64,000 nt of DNA from Chromera velia (Eukaryota). The translations under genes were made by a program, and so were the position numbers. Shown piece after piece: positions 38,272-52,138 of the stretch. How positions within the stretch are numbered: position 1 is the stretch's first letter; the number at the start of each line of letters is the position of its first letter. The stretch is from contig JAHBMJ010000432.1 of the NCBI GenBank assembly GCA_018398765.1, positions 62,001 through 126,000 of the forward strand, written 5' to 3'. The notes under the pieces were generated by a model. It was not told the DNA's origin. It did not search any database and saw nothing but the letters and a program-made list of their open reading frames with translations.

Positions 38272-40330
38272 CCGTGCTTGTCTATCTTTCGTCAAATGCG
38301 AAGAACAAATCTTTCTTCACGTCTGTTCGGTCTTCTACTAAAGGGAAGAAGAAACATCCATCACGTTTGGTTGTGGTTGCAGCGACAGAAGGAAAGAATA
38401 AATAAAGAGGACGGGAGAAAGGAGTAAAGCAACAAACAAACGAAGGAAAAGCGGGAGGAACGAACAAAGAAAGGCAAGAAACTGAGGAATGCTGAGCTCA
38501 ACTGTTCTTTTCTTGTGACCGCCCTTTGCACACATTCTGCGAATTGTCTTCTGCTCGTCATTTTTTTTCTTGACTTACTGTAGGTCTTCCTCAACGGAAG
38601 GGCAGTTGCAGAATGTTCTCTACCTCGCCTTTCTCTTCTTCCTCGTTTCCTTTCAATTAGCTTACATTTCCGTAGTTTCTTCCTCCAAGTCACCTTTGCC
38701 TGCCTGTATGCCTTCCTCTCAGACTGTCCTTTCTCTGTCTCCCTCCTCCCTTGCATTTTCTTTCAAACCCCGCACAGACAGACACCTCTCTTCTCCTCCC
38801 TCTCTCTACTGCCTTTGTCCCCCCATGGCCATTCCGCGCTGGACCTGCCCATCAGTCACGTGCCTCTGCAGAGGCACAGAATGGGGGGGAGGAGCCATCG
38901 AGGCCGCCCCCGCAGAGGCGGCAGAGACTCTTCTCATCAGGCTAGGAGGGGACATGTCCTCCTCCTCGTCCAACTCGACCCCGTCTGAGGAGCTTGAGAC
39001 GGCAGTGCTCGGAGTGCCGTTTTCCCTGTTCAACATGTCCCTCACGAGGCGAACCTCATGGAGGAACTCGTCTGCAACTCCCGACAGGGACAGGAAGCAG
39101 CACGCACACACATACACATACACACTCAGACACACATACATAGACACACACAGACACACACACACACAGACACACACATACACAGACACACACACTCTCT
39201 CACACACACGCACACGTCATCCAGACAGCGGCAAAAGGCGAGACGTGGAGGAGTTGGGGGGCCACGCGAGAGAAAGAACGAGAATTCGGAGGGGTGGCGG
39301 NCCGTGCTTGTCTATCTTTCGTCAAATGCGAAGAACAAATCTTTCTTCACGTCTGTTCGGTCTTCTACTAAAGGGAAGAAGAAACATCCATCACGTTTGG
39401 TTGTGGTTGCAGCGACAGAAGGAAAGAATAAATAAAGAGGACGGGAGAAAGGAGTAAAGCAACAAACAAACGAAGGAAAAGCGGGAGGAACGAACAAAGA
39501 AAGGCAAGAAACTGAGGAATGCTGAGCTCAACTGTTCTTTTCTTGTGACCGCCCTTTGCACACATTCTGCGAATTGTCTTCTGCTCGTCATTTTTTTTCT
39601 TGACTTACTGTAGGTCTTCCTCAACGGAAGGGCAGTTGCAGAATGTTCTCTACCTCGCCTTTCTCTTCTTCCTCGTTTCCTTTCAATTAGCTTACATTTC
39701 CGTAGTTTCTTCCTCCAAGTCACCTTTGCCTGCCTGTATGCCTTCCTCTCAGACTGTCCTTTCTCTGTCTCCCTCCTCCCTTGCATTTTCTTTCAAACCC
39801 CGCACAGACAGACACCTCTCTTCTCCTCCCTCTCTCTACTGCCTTTGTCCCCCCATGGCCATTCCGCGCTGGACCTGCCCATCAGTCACGTGCCTCTGCA
39901 GAGGCACAGAATGGGGGGGAGGAGCCATCGAGGCCGCCCCCGCAGAGGCGGCAGAGACTCTTCTCATCAGGCTAGGAGGGGACATGTCCTCCTCCTCGTC
40001 CAACTCGACCCCGTCTGAGGAGCTTGAGACGGCAGTGCTCGGAGTGCCGTTTTCCCTGTTCAACATGTCCCTCACGAGGCGAACCTCATGGAGGAACTCG
40101 TCTGCAACTCCCGACAGGGACAGGAAGCAGCACGCACACACATACACATACACACTCAGACACACATACATAGACACACACAGACACACACACACACAGA
40201 CACACACATACACAGACACACACACTCTCTCACACACACGCACACGTCATCCAGACAGCGGCAAAAGGCGAGACGTGGAGGAGTTGGGGGGCCACGCGAG
40301 AGAAAGAACGAGAATTCGGAGGGGTGGCGG
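38272..40330. repeat. Exact 1,029-bp tandem duplication separated by a single N (probable assembly artefact)
   Basis: 38272-39300 matches 39302-40330, with N at 39301. The ORF track repeats with a 1,030-bp offset. Confidence 0.9.
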
Positions 40331-43012
40331 GGGGGGGGGACGCCAGAGAAAAACCGAAAATTTGNNNNNNNNNNNNNNNNNNNNNNNNNNNNNNNNNNNN
40401 NNNNNNNNNNNNNNNNNNNNNNNNNNNNNNNNNNNNNNNNNNNNNNNNNNNNNNNNNNNNNNNNNNNNNNNNNNNNNNNNNNNNNNNNGGGGGGGCGGAA
40501 TGACTTTCGCGAGAACAGTTGGTTTGAATGAAAAAAACAGGCAAGTCACAGTCTAAACGTACAAGAGAGAATGGAGCCCTTCCGTTTCGTCAGAAAAAGA
40601 AACACACAAGGGCAGTCAGAAAGAGGGGCGAGACGACAGTGTGTTCGTTCACTGACCGATGAGCAGGTCGGATCTCACAGTGGAAGCCTCAGCAGGTCTC
40701 TCTCCTCTCTCATCCCCCCGCGGATTCACTGCGGGATTCACACGGCTTGGAGGAACCCCGGCTGTAACAGCAGTCGCTGGCACAGTCATGGGTCCCCCCC
40801 CTCTCTGCTGCTGCTGCTGCTGCTGTGTTGCTCTGTGATCCCGTCTCTCGAAGATAGCTGTGGCGCTGGGGTGCATCGGAATGCCTTCGGGCTCGTCATC
40901 CTCTCTGTGAAGCTCTGCGAAGAACTCATGCGAGAGTGCCTCAGCGGCTGTCGGGCGGTCTCGAGGATTCCAGGAGAACATCCGGCAGACAAGATCGGCA
41001 AAGGCAGGATCCTGACCGGCCTCTCCTGGCAGCATCGACTGCAGCCGTTGCGGGGTCAAGCGGGGAGGTGCGTGTTCCAGTCGCTCGATAAAGCGCGCAA
41101 CCCCTGGGTGACGGAGATGGAGCATGTCGGATGCTGTGGGTTTGCCGAGGAATCTGACCACCTGCGTCAACTGGTCCTTCAGATCTCGGCCCCGGAAGAG
41201 GGGCTGCCCGATGACCATCTCCACGGCGATGCACGCGGTCGACCTGAAAGAGAAACAGTCACACACACACACACACATACACATACACATACAGGGTCGG
41301 AGAGCAAGAGGCAAAAGGCAAAAAGGGGAAATTGAAATACGAAGTTTACATCATGAGAGGAAGGGCCTCTAATCACAACAAGCAACAAGAGGAAGAAAGA
41401 GGAAGACTGCACATGCATGGAACGAAAACCATCAAACGAACGAATGTCTCAAGGAGAAAGACACCAACACCAAGGGCTGCCTGCCGAGGTACAATGTTGT
41501 CTCCATAACCCTCCCCCCCGCCCCGCCCCCTGCCTACCAGATGTCCACAGAGCTTCCGTATGTCCCCTGTCCGCAGAGGACCTCGGGGGCTCTGTACCAC
41601 CGCGTCTGGACGTACTCGGTCAGCGGCACCACCGGCTCACCAGCCCCAACCGCCCCCCCCTGCTGCTGCAGTTGCTGCACTTGCTGCTGCAGTTCCACAG
41701 GGACAGACAGTTCCTGTTGCTGGTCCGGCATCACCCGGGCAAGTCCCAGGTCGCAAATTCGGAGATCGCAGTCGCAGTTCAGCAGCAGATTTGCCGGTTT
41801 CTGCACACACCAACCACCTCATCAGTGAAAGAAACAGACAGCTAAGGGGAGGAGACAAGAGGAGAGAGACCGCTTCGGCCAGTACTGTACAAAATGAGCG
41901 TACAGAAGACAGAGGGCTGACATAAAGACGGGATTCAGGTCAACGCGCGGCACGAAACTTCCCACAGCGCCTCCAGCGTATGCAGAACATGCAGTAGGAG
42001 ACACACAGAAGCGGGAGCAAAACAAGGGAGGGAAGGGACGGAAGGAAGGAAGGAAGAACGGACCAGGTCTCTGTGCATGATGTTGGCTGTGTGGAGGTAC
42101 TTGACTCCTCTGAGGATCTGGTAGAGGAAGAACTGGCAGTGGTGAAGAGAGAGCGTCTGTCCGGACCGGATCACCTTCGCCATGTCTGTCTCCATCAATC
42201 CGGTGATCAAAAACCTGTTTGGCGGAAGTGCAAAGCAAGGAAGACAATCGATTTCAGAAAGCAACCTCAGGAAGGAACGCGTGAAATGGCACAGCACAAG
42301 AAGCAGGAGAGCAGAAAAGGCACAGAAAGGGGGGAAAGGAATCTGAAACTTTGGAGAGACGGGAGAAAATGAAACAGGAATGAGAGCTGAGGAGGAAATG
42401 GGGGCGCTCACCGATCCCTAAGAGTTAAGGGAAGAGAAGAGGCGCACAGTTAAGCGCCTACAGCGCAAACACTCAAAAGAGACGTAAGGAAAGTGAAAGA
42501 ATCGTGGTTGACACAAATCCCTCAGTATGGAGACTTGACCCCAAAAGACTTTTTTCTCCCTCAACAGTCCATGCTGCTGCCCAGGTCCCAAGTGAACAAG
42601 GACACAAAGAGCAAGCCTAACTTACGCGTCGTGTTTGCCATCAGGCTTCGGGATGATTTCCAGTCCCTGGAGGTCCAGAAGATTTTCGTGCCCTCTCAAG
42701 CGACGAAGAATTTTGACCTCTCTCAAAATGCATTTTGCGAAGTTTTCGCTTCTGAGCACATCAGGAACGTGTTTGATTGCCACGAGGCGGTCGAAGGCCA
42801 TGTCCTTTGCAACCCTGCAAGCATGGAAACGATTGGTGGTGATCATGCACGCACACTGAACCTTGATCGAAGAGACCAGACAAAAAAGGGACTCACATGA
42901 CTGAGCCGTAAGCACCAGCACCAGCACGTGCAAGGTAAGTGTAGCGCCTCTTCAGGGACTCTTCTGATTGGAAGAGCGCCCTGGTACGTTCGTCACTTCT
43001 GCACCCACTCAT
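39836..43012 (-). CDS. Mitogen-activated protein kinase (TEY type), ~523 aa, 6 exons
   Basis: Exons 43012-42897 (GAGAYGSV), 42814-42626 (VAIK, LREVKIL), 42214-42064 ([11 protein letters not shown]...HRDL), 41800-41538 ([25 protein letters not shown]), 41243-40657, 40101-39836. Splice phases are consistent. The last exon is also present at 39071-38806 in the duplicated block. Confidence 0.92.
40365..40488. other. Assembly gap (N run) inside MAPK intron 5
   Basis: Run of N flanked by poly-G. Confidence 0.98.
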
Positions 43013-44019
43013 TCTCCCTTTGAAGAACCTAAACAGACGATCAAAACAAAGAAGTTCCCCCCTTAAGTGATCGAGGGTGAAAATTTTTTGGGAACGCCTT
43101 CTTCTTCACGTTGTGAAACTAAACCGAACGAAGCAAAGAGCACTCAAACCTTCTTTCCACTTACAGATACTCCCCTCTCTCACCATACACACTGCTTCTG
43201 GCTCTCGCTTCCGTTTTGTACTTGCTCTTTCTTCGGTTTGCTCACTCTTCTGCTCCTTCAAAACGGTTCAGTTATGTTCAGTTTGATCGATCTGTTTCTT
43301 GTGAATTTTTCTTTCGGATTTTTAAAATTTTTTGGAATTTGAGGGGGGCACGCAAAAAATCGCAAAAATGTCCTTATACTGGCGACCCCTGGGTGCTGTA
43401 CACGTGCGCGGAAATTTTGAATGTGGGCCCTTGCAATTTAAAAGAAGTTTCTTGCGTGCCACGCGCGAGCTGTCCTGACTGGGTCTTTGCTCTATATCGG
43501 GACCATGCATGCACGAGCTGGGAGGAAGAGTAATTGCATGCATGCTGGGGGCTCCTAACGCACGCATGTAGCCGGCTAAATCCGACACTGCCGCAAAGGT
43601 CAGACAATTTATATGCGTGATTGAGACAATTGAGTTCAGTCAACGAATTCGGATTCACGAGTACAGGTGAATGTCAGCTTCATTGCGTAAGACAGAGACG
43701 CTTGAGAGAGGAGCAGCGTGACTCTTGGATCCTTCACTGGATCGGTCGAGTCTGCCGAGTTTTCAGCCTTTTCGCTTCGTCGACTTCAGGACCACGTGAA
43801 CACACTGCGTGTTGCTGCTGGACTGACAAAGACATCGCAAACCAAAAGTGAGGGCGTCTACTTGATCCCTTGGAAGCCCTTGGATTCGAGGGGAAGTTTC
43901 GGTGAGTGGTGAATCCACGTATTCAGCCTCTGGGGACGGTTATATTAATATAGTTGACGCTTGCACATGATTCTGCTTGTGTCGTGTATACGTGTTGCTC
44001 TGTAGCAGAGAAAAGCAGG

Positions 44020-45181
<1,162 letters not shown>

Positions 45182-46850
45182 GGCCGACAGTGATGGTGAA
45201 GAATCTCCGTAATCGTCGGGAATGGCCGTGCTCACACACAGAGGGGACCTGCCTGAGAAAGCCAATTCTCCGTGTGACTGAATGCAATCACGTGCATGTG
45301 ATGAGGTTGTCGGTGGGCTCGGCCTGACAGAAAGAAAGAACAGTGAGAGGGTACCTACCTGTCTTTTTACAGAAGACCCTCCTGTATGAAGGCTTGCTCT
45401 AACTTGACTGACGGTTTTCGATCCATCAAAAGTCTGTCTGCCTGCCTGCATGGTCTCGATCGCCTGGTTTCAACTGATTCTTCCTGCTTTGTAGCTCTAA
45501 TTCCTCTATGCTCCATCTTCCTGCTACAGCTGACGCTGCCAAGGCTCTCCTGTGGGAGGAGCCTTTCGCTGTTTCGAAATTCGTCAGAAAGCACGAACTG
45601 GTGGAGAAGCAAACATTCCGTGTGTCTCGGCGTTGTTTGTGCCACACGCAGGGGAAGGCCCGATTGATCGTGCATGGGTACGATTTTTATATTAGTGCCC
45701 TGGTCGTCACTGCATGCATGCGTTGAGCATATGTCGGGGGGGCGGCCGACATTGTTCAGGGATGGAAGGCAGTGATGGAGGGACATGCGGGTAGGTGTGT
45801 GAGTCCTGTTTGGTCAAATTCCTTCAAGACCCACACACCATGCAACCGAGCAGATGAATTGCCTGACTGACAGAGAGAGTGCACGTTCGGTCTGTGCATC
45901 TCTTGGAAAGAAGATGAATGCTTGCTCGTCTTTCTTTTCCGTTTGAGCGTCTGGGCGCTTTCCTTCATTGAGTGCACTGGTTTCCCTGCAAAACGCAGTT
46001 CCAGTCCACACGATCAGAGACAACTTTCTTTCCTGAGTTCTTGTTCGGTTTTCCGCTTAGTGTGCTGATGACGGCTCTCTTAAGAGGTTGTGTGCCTCCC
46101 TCGCGAGGACTTTTCGTCTCTGCATGGTTCGATCAATGCAATTTCAATCTGACAATGCATGCGTACGTATCGATAAGCTCGGCCAGCTCTGAGGGGCATC
46201 GAGGAGGTCGTTTCTGCCTGGGATGGTGAAGTCGGTGGTGGTGTTCGGAGCTGAGTTGAATTTCAGTGGAGTCGTTCTTTCTTGTTGATGGCTTTCTGCA
46301 TGCACGCAATCAAGAATTAAGTTGATGTCTCTCTCGTGTTCTTAAGAGTGTTGTTGTATGCGTAATTGAGTCTTTGCTGAGTGCGTTCGCGTTGCGTTTT
46401 TGTGTTTCAAAATTGCTGGAGCAGACTCTTTGCGAAGCGTCTGCAGTACACTTAGCCGACTAGAGACAGTGACACACTATAGTTCCAGTGTATATTTAGA
46501 GATTTGTGTTCAAGTTAGAACTTGTGTCGTTTCTATATATACACCTAAATATAGAGTATTGTTATAGACAAAGATGAAATGGCGCTCAGGCTAGTCGTTG
46601 TCGCCTCGGGGGGCAGCTCAGCTCTGCTGAGATCAGCCAAGAGGCCCTGAGATCGCACGCACTCGCATAACACATTTTTTCATTTTTGTGGGGGGGGTCG
46701 CTTCTATCTCCGTCTGTCACAGTATCGCCCAAATTCCAAAATATGCCCCTCAAGCAACTCACACGGAACCGCGATCGCACATACCTTAATTAATTACTTT
46801 GCACATGCGTGCCCCTCAAGTAATTCGCGCGGAGTTGCAAGTGTATGCGC

Positions 46851-47299
46851 GCCGCATGCCGGGGGTGAGTGGGGTGCTTTTTACCTCCCTAAAGTGGCGC
46901 ATTTCCGCAAAAAACTCATTTTTATAATTAGTAAGGATTTAGAAGCTGAAACTTTGTATAAGAAGACGTTATAATGATAGAAAAAGAACTGTAGAACAGA
47001 TTTTTTATATCATTTCTAGAAACATAGGTTGTCATACAAATTTTTTAATTTTGAGGCCATTTTTTAACGGTTTTAAATAGTAAGAAAAACGGTATAAAAC
47101 TTACAAAATTTATATGGCAGCCTATAATAAAAAAAATCTGTTTCACAGTTCTTTTTCTATCGTTATACAACGTCTTTTTACACAAAGTTTCAGCTTCTAA
47201 CTCCTTACCAATTATGAGAACGAGTTTTTTGTAGAAAAGCGCTGGTCTCCTATGCAGAGGGGGGGGCAAAAAGCACCCCACTCGCCCCCGGCATGCGGC
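46851..47299. mobile_element. Foldback/MITE-like element (449 bp), almost fully palindromic
   Basis: GCCGCATGCCGGGGGTGAGTGGGGTGCTTTTT at 46851 is the reverse complement of 47268-47299 (one mismatch); the arms align for about 190 bp. No unambiguous TSD. Confidence 0.8.
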
Positions 47300-47559
47300 A
47301 TGGTCCCGAAAAGCATACTTCGTACGCGTTGCCGTAGCCCCCGCCCTATGCATGCATGCATCTGCATAAGACATGCCCAAGCCCCCGATGGTGTGCATCA
47401 ATCTTTCTTGAGGACGCCCTAAAGGGCCCCCCGAGGCACTTACCCAACTGGTTGGATATATCTCGTATGTAAACATAAACAAATCCTTAATTCCTTCAAG
47501 TTATCCGTATCGCTTACACCAGTTTAGAAACGTAAAATGATGGCCAACTTTTTATACTT

Positions 47560-48383
47560 TAGGGCTTGGAAAAGGTGTATCACAGAAAAGGTGTAAACCG
47601 AGGAGTCGCACCAGATGCACTTGTTTTATACCAGATGCACCTGATGCACCTGTTTTGCACCTTATGAGAAGAGTTGGCTCCAAAGTCCAAGTCTTTAGGT
47701 AAAAAATGGGTGTGTGTGAGGCCGCAGACCACCCCCACGGCCCCGTTCCACAGCGTGGCAGGCCGTGTGCGAGGGACATGTCGGTCGGAGTGACGCTAAA
47801 CATGCCACATACCGATACACGTACATATGATCAAGTAAGTCGCCAAAAAGCTCATAACGAAACGGTTTGACCGTCGAAGACTCATGGACAAGGGTGATTC
47901 AAGCCAACCTCAACATATAAAAGAAGCTTCTTCCAGGGGTCTGACTCACTCAGAGACTTTTTTGGAGTGAGAGCTGTCTGTGTTAAAGTTTTTTTTGAAC
48001 CACAAGTAACTGTTGAAGCCTTCCGTTGAATTCAGTTTGATTTGAAGTCAGCAGCGAAAGGTCTACCACAGACATGGGAGTCTTTCGACTCCTAAATTTG
48101 CACAACCGTACTCTGCCGCTGCTGGCACCTACTGCACCAGTTCCGTTTCTCTATAATCACTTTTAGCCTCGCCAACAAGAAAATGTTTTCACTAGACCTC
48201 TTTGCTTTTAGGCCTTGAATGAGGCGCCTTTTGACCGCTAGAAACACTAGAAATTAGCTTTAGAAACCTAGTTTTTATAGAGTAAACGGTGCACCTTATT
48301 TTGCACCTGTTTTGCACCTGATTTAAGGTGCAAACCTGTTTTTGCACCAGCACCAGCACCTTATGCACCTTTTCTCAGCCTTA
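47560..48383. mobile_element. Non-autonomous hAT-family DNA transposon (824 bp)
   Basis: 8-bp TSD TTATACTT at 47552-47559 and 48384-48391. Imperfect TIR TAGGGCTTGGAAAAGGTGTAT vs TAAGGCTGAGAAAAGGTGCAT (reverse complement). TGCACC subterminal repeats at both ends. Confidence 0.85.
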
Positions 48384-49925
48384 TTATACTTCGAGTAACT
48401 TGGAGCTAGACTTGGAGTCGGACCGTAACTGTCTTAGACTATGACCTATAGCGGTTAAACCTACTCCCACTTTAAGACTACAAATTAATAGAGCTTAAAT
48501 CGAATTAACTTAAAAATTTTAAATTAATACAGCTTATATAAATTCAACTTAAAAACTTTAAATGAATGGAGCTTAAATTTAACTGTAACATCAATTATTC
48601 CTGCATGCACTCCTCCACTTATTCACTTACTCACTCGCCTAGGCCTGAGGCCCTCAAATGGTCCTGAGTCCTACAGCGAGCGCCCTGATGAAAGCAGAAC
48701 ATCAGAGCCAAAGTGTTTCCCTCTCTGATTTTTTCTTTCTTTATTCACACGCACATATGGCATTATACAGGGAGATGCATGTGGAGGCGTTGAGCAATCG
48801 CCACGCAGGCACAAGCGGACATGCGACAACTCACACACACACACACACACACACACATACGAACGATCCTCGCATTCGAAATGCAGCATAGGATCCTTCC
48901 GGGAACAAGATCCGCGTGTGGAAGGAAGCGCTGAGCACCATGCAGCACAAACGTGCACGCAACAGCTGACACGCGCTCACAAGCCTCGCATTTGACAAGC
49001 ACAGCAGCCTCGCAGATCCGCGCGCAAAAAGAAGCGCTGACCGATCGCAATGCAAGTGCATGCATGACCCAAAGCAGACTGCAAGAAGGCCTATTCTCTC
49101 CCGGTGCCTTGAGAGGACACACGACCATCGATTGAGTAGTATTAATACATGGAACGAGCGACGCTGAGATGCGAGCGCAAATTCATTTCCTGGTGCAAGT
49201 CTAGGGGACACGTGCAAACATAGAGAGAAGGGAGACAGGAAGCAGACGGCAAAGATCAACGACAGAAAGAAAGGCAGCAGAGCAGAGAGGTTCAGTATTT
49301 GACCCTCACTGTTGATTCTTCCATCCCGCCACTCTCTTTGGACCCTCCCTCGTTTTCATCTTCGCAAATTCAAAAAACGAATCATTCAAACAAGCCTCGA
49401 TCTATTCTATGTCCTTCCCATTCGCAGCCATTCACGCCCACTTTTCGTCAAACTCATCTCTCCTCCTCTCATTGCTCCGTCCCTCCCTTCCTCCTTCGAT
49501 TCACGACCAGCCCCGACCGCCTTTTCTTCTGCGTCCCTCTCCCCCCACCCTCTCCCTCTCGAGGGGTAACTTGTCGGGGGGCAGAATTAACGCAGCATCA
49601 ATCCTGCCATTCTTACACAGGCGCACGAACAAAGTCGACCTCTGACAAAGCCTCAAGGCAAGACGGCATCAATCTGATCACGTCTTTTCTTTCCGGCTGT
49701 CTCCCTCGTCACTGCATGCAGCGCCAGTCTGTCAGTTTCATTCATTCATTCATTCAACCCCTCGCTCCTCGAGAAAGCGATGAACGTCTTTCAGAGACTG
49801 TATGATCGCACATGCACTCGGTCTGAACCGAAAAAAGAAAGGAAAAGTCAGAAGGTCAAGGAGAATGAAGAAAGAGAACGAGAAGGTGCGGAAGGAGTCA
49901 AGAGAAGGACGAATGGATTGACAAC

Positions 49926-51017
49926 TCAGCAAATGAGTTGCTTCAGAGAAACCACCCCATATCGTTGAGGAGTGAAGCACTCTTCCTTGTGCCGACCCTC
50001 CAGTTTCCCCCCCACCAGATACTCCTTCCCCATCTTCTCCTGTGCCCAAACGATCAGTCGATCGATCCACGGAGTCTCCACTTCCACGAACTCAGCCACA
50101 GCCTTCAGAGTGCACAGACCCCCAGGGATGTCCTCAACGAAGTACCGCCCTGCAAGAGCATTAATTAAGTAAACCACACAGAGATACCGCGCATGCGTTC
50201 TGGGTCTAGGCTGAACCTTTTTGAGATCAACATAAGAAAAGAACGGAAATCGGACATAAAAGGAAAGAAAGGTACTATTGGTCACCTGTTGTCAGACAGA
50301 AAGACAAAAAATATTCAGCAACCCCACCCAAACGGACCGAAGGACGGACCTGTGTAGTCCACAACCAGCCCACCGCCCCCCCCGGGTGCCTCCACCATGG
50401 GCGTGCGGATACCCATGAAGCCCCCGTTTGTGGCGATGCAGGACTTCAAACTCGAAGTGTCAGCAATCTGCAACAGCCAGGGTGTGCGTCCCGCAAAGTA
50501 TGCATGCAGGCCAGAGAGACATGAATGGACTGTCAAGATTTCATCATCGTGCATGCAGTCAGTGCACAACAAGACGAAAGACACAGAAAGAAAAAACAAA
50601 CGAAGAGCCACCGGACGGGTACAGCCCATCAGAACACATATATTTGTACATTGTCATCTTTTACGGTTGCGTCATCTAAATTTCTGTGCCCACCTCTTTG
50701 CCTCCTTTGCTGATTGAATCACTCTTTTTTCAGATCGAGAGGCTGTCTGTGTGTCTGACCATCGATAATGACAGGAAGTATTCACATACTGACTGACTGA
50801 CCTTCCCTTTGTACCCCTCCTGCAGGCCCTGACGGAGGGGGATCACCTCAATGCGCCTGCCCGCAGCGATGGACAGCCCGCACGCGATTTTCTGGATTTC
50901 GGAGTCGACGCCTGCATGCATGAACGCACTCACTCCCATTAATTCACTCACACTCATGCAGATTTTACGACAGCTCATGAATGCACGTCTCTCTGCTATA
51001 CACATATGCACACAGTA

Positions 51018-51053
<36 letters not shown>

Positions 51054-52138
51054 GCACACACAGCCCAGATTTGGGGTTCGCTTCTACGAGGCCGCGTCGA
51101 TTTCTTTCGTGACGACGTCCTCCGCAAAATCGGAAGGAAGAAAAACCCGTGCACAGAGTGTCTCTGTGGAGGCTTTGAACCCTTCTCCTTCAACGCTTTG
51201 TTTGCACGTATGTATCTTCCCTCCGTGTGCAGGAAAACCGACACACGCCTCTAGCTGTCTTGTCTCACAGTCAGAAAACGAGATGTCACCCAGGAGCAGT
51301 TCGGCATGCGCATTCCTTCTTAATTTTTTCCACCAACATTTCATTCAGTGACCTCACTGAATAAACTACCGGACGGACCTCCCATGGCCTCTGCAGAGAG
51401 GGTGTCGATGGTCTCGTAGAACAGAGGGCTCTCAGAGAAGATCCCCCCCCTCCCCTGCCTCTCATTTTCCATCACCAGGCCGTACATGCGGGATGGGTGG
51501 ATGCACTGGTTGGCGGGGTGCAGCGTCACAGAGAGGAAGCTGTCGAAGGGAGAGAAGGAGAGTCTCCTCAGACAACGGGAGAGACGCCGAATGACCTCCA
51601 AAGCTTTGTCTGCCGGTACAGCCGCGAGTCCTGTTTTCTTTTCGGCAAAAAGCTTCACTCTCCTACCCCAGTCAGTGGCTCTGCAGTTGTAGGGCAGCAT
51701 GTTGGTCCCAAACACAATCACATCTTTCCTCCCGTGTCTCTGTCGAAGAACCATGTCTGCCTTCCACTGAAAGCCTCCCTGTCCAGGCAACGCACCAACG
51801 AGAGCGCCTCTCTCAAGGAACGGCGCGATGGCGTCGAGAACAGTTTCATGTGCAAACGAAGGCAAGGGAATGAGCACTATCTGACTGCCTGGAATGACAT
51901 CCTCGGGGAGAGCTGAGATCTTCCGAGCTTTTCCTACCGTTGTGGTGCCATCGGGGTTGTCTACTGCGATTCCTCTCTCGGCGCTTGCGTCTCTCAGTCG
52001 TTCCGCTTCATCTTCAAACGGCGAGAAGACGTTCACTTCAACTTCTGGGGTGGAGCCCAACTGCGCGATGAGGACCTGCGAGGAGTTACCGGCACCACAG
52101 ACAGTCACAGTTGTTACCTTACTGACGAGACGGCTCAT
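49926..52138 (-). CDS. Opine dehydrogenase (octopine/tauropine dehydrogenase family), ~403 aa, 4 exons
   Basis: Exons 52138-51379, 50911-50802, 50467-50350, 50149-49926. Rossmann VCGAGN; LPGQGGF; LPYNCR; NQCIHPSRMYG; PLFYE; RYFVEDIPGGL; ETPWIDRLIVWAQEKMGKEYL; TPQRYG. Confidence 0.9.

Noticed and set aside
38272..40330. Duplicated MAPK terminal exon as alternative last exons
   Set aside because: The copies look identical, are joined by a single N and end at a poly-G next to a gap. This is typical of an unmerged contig overlap.
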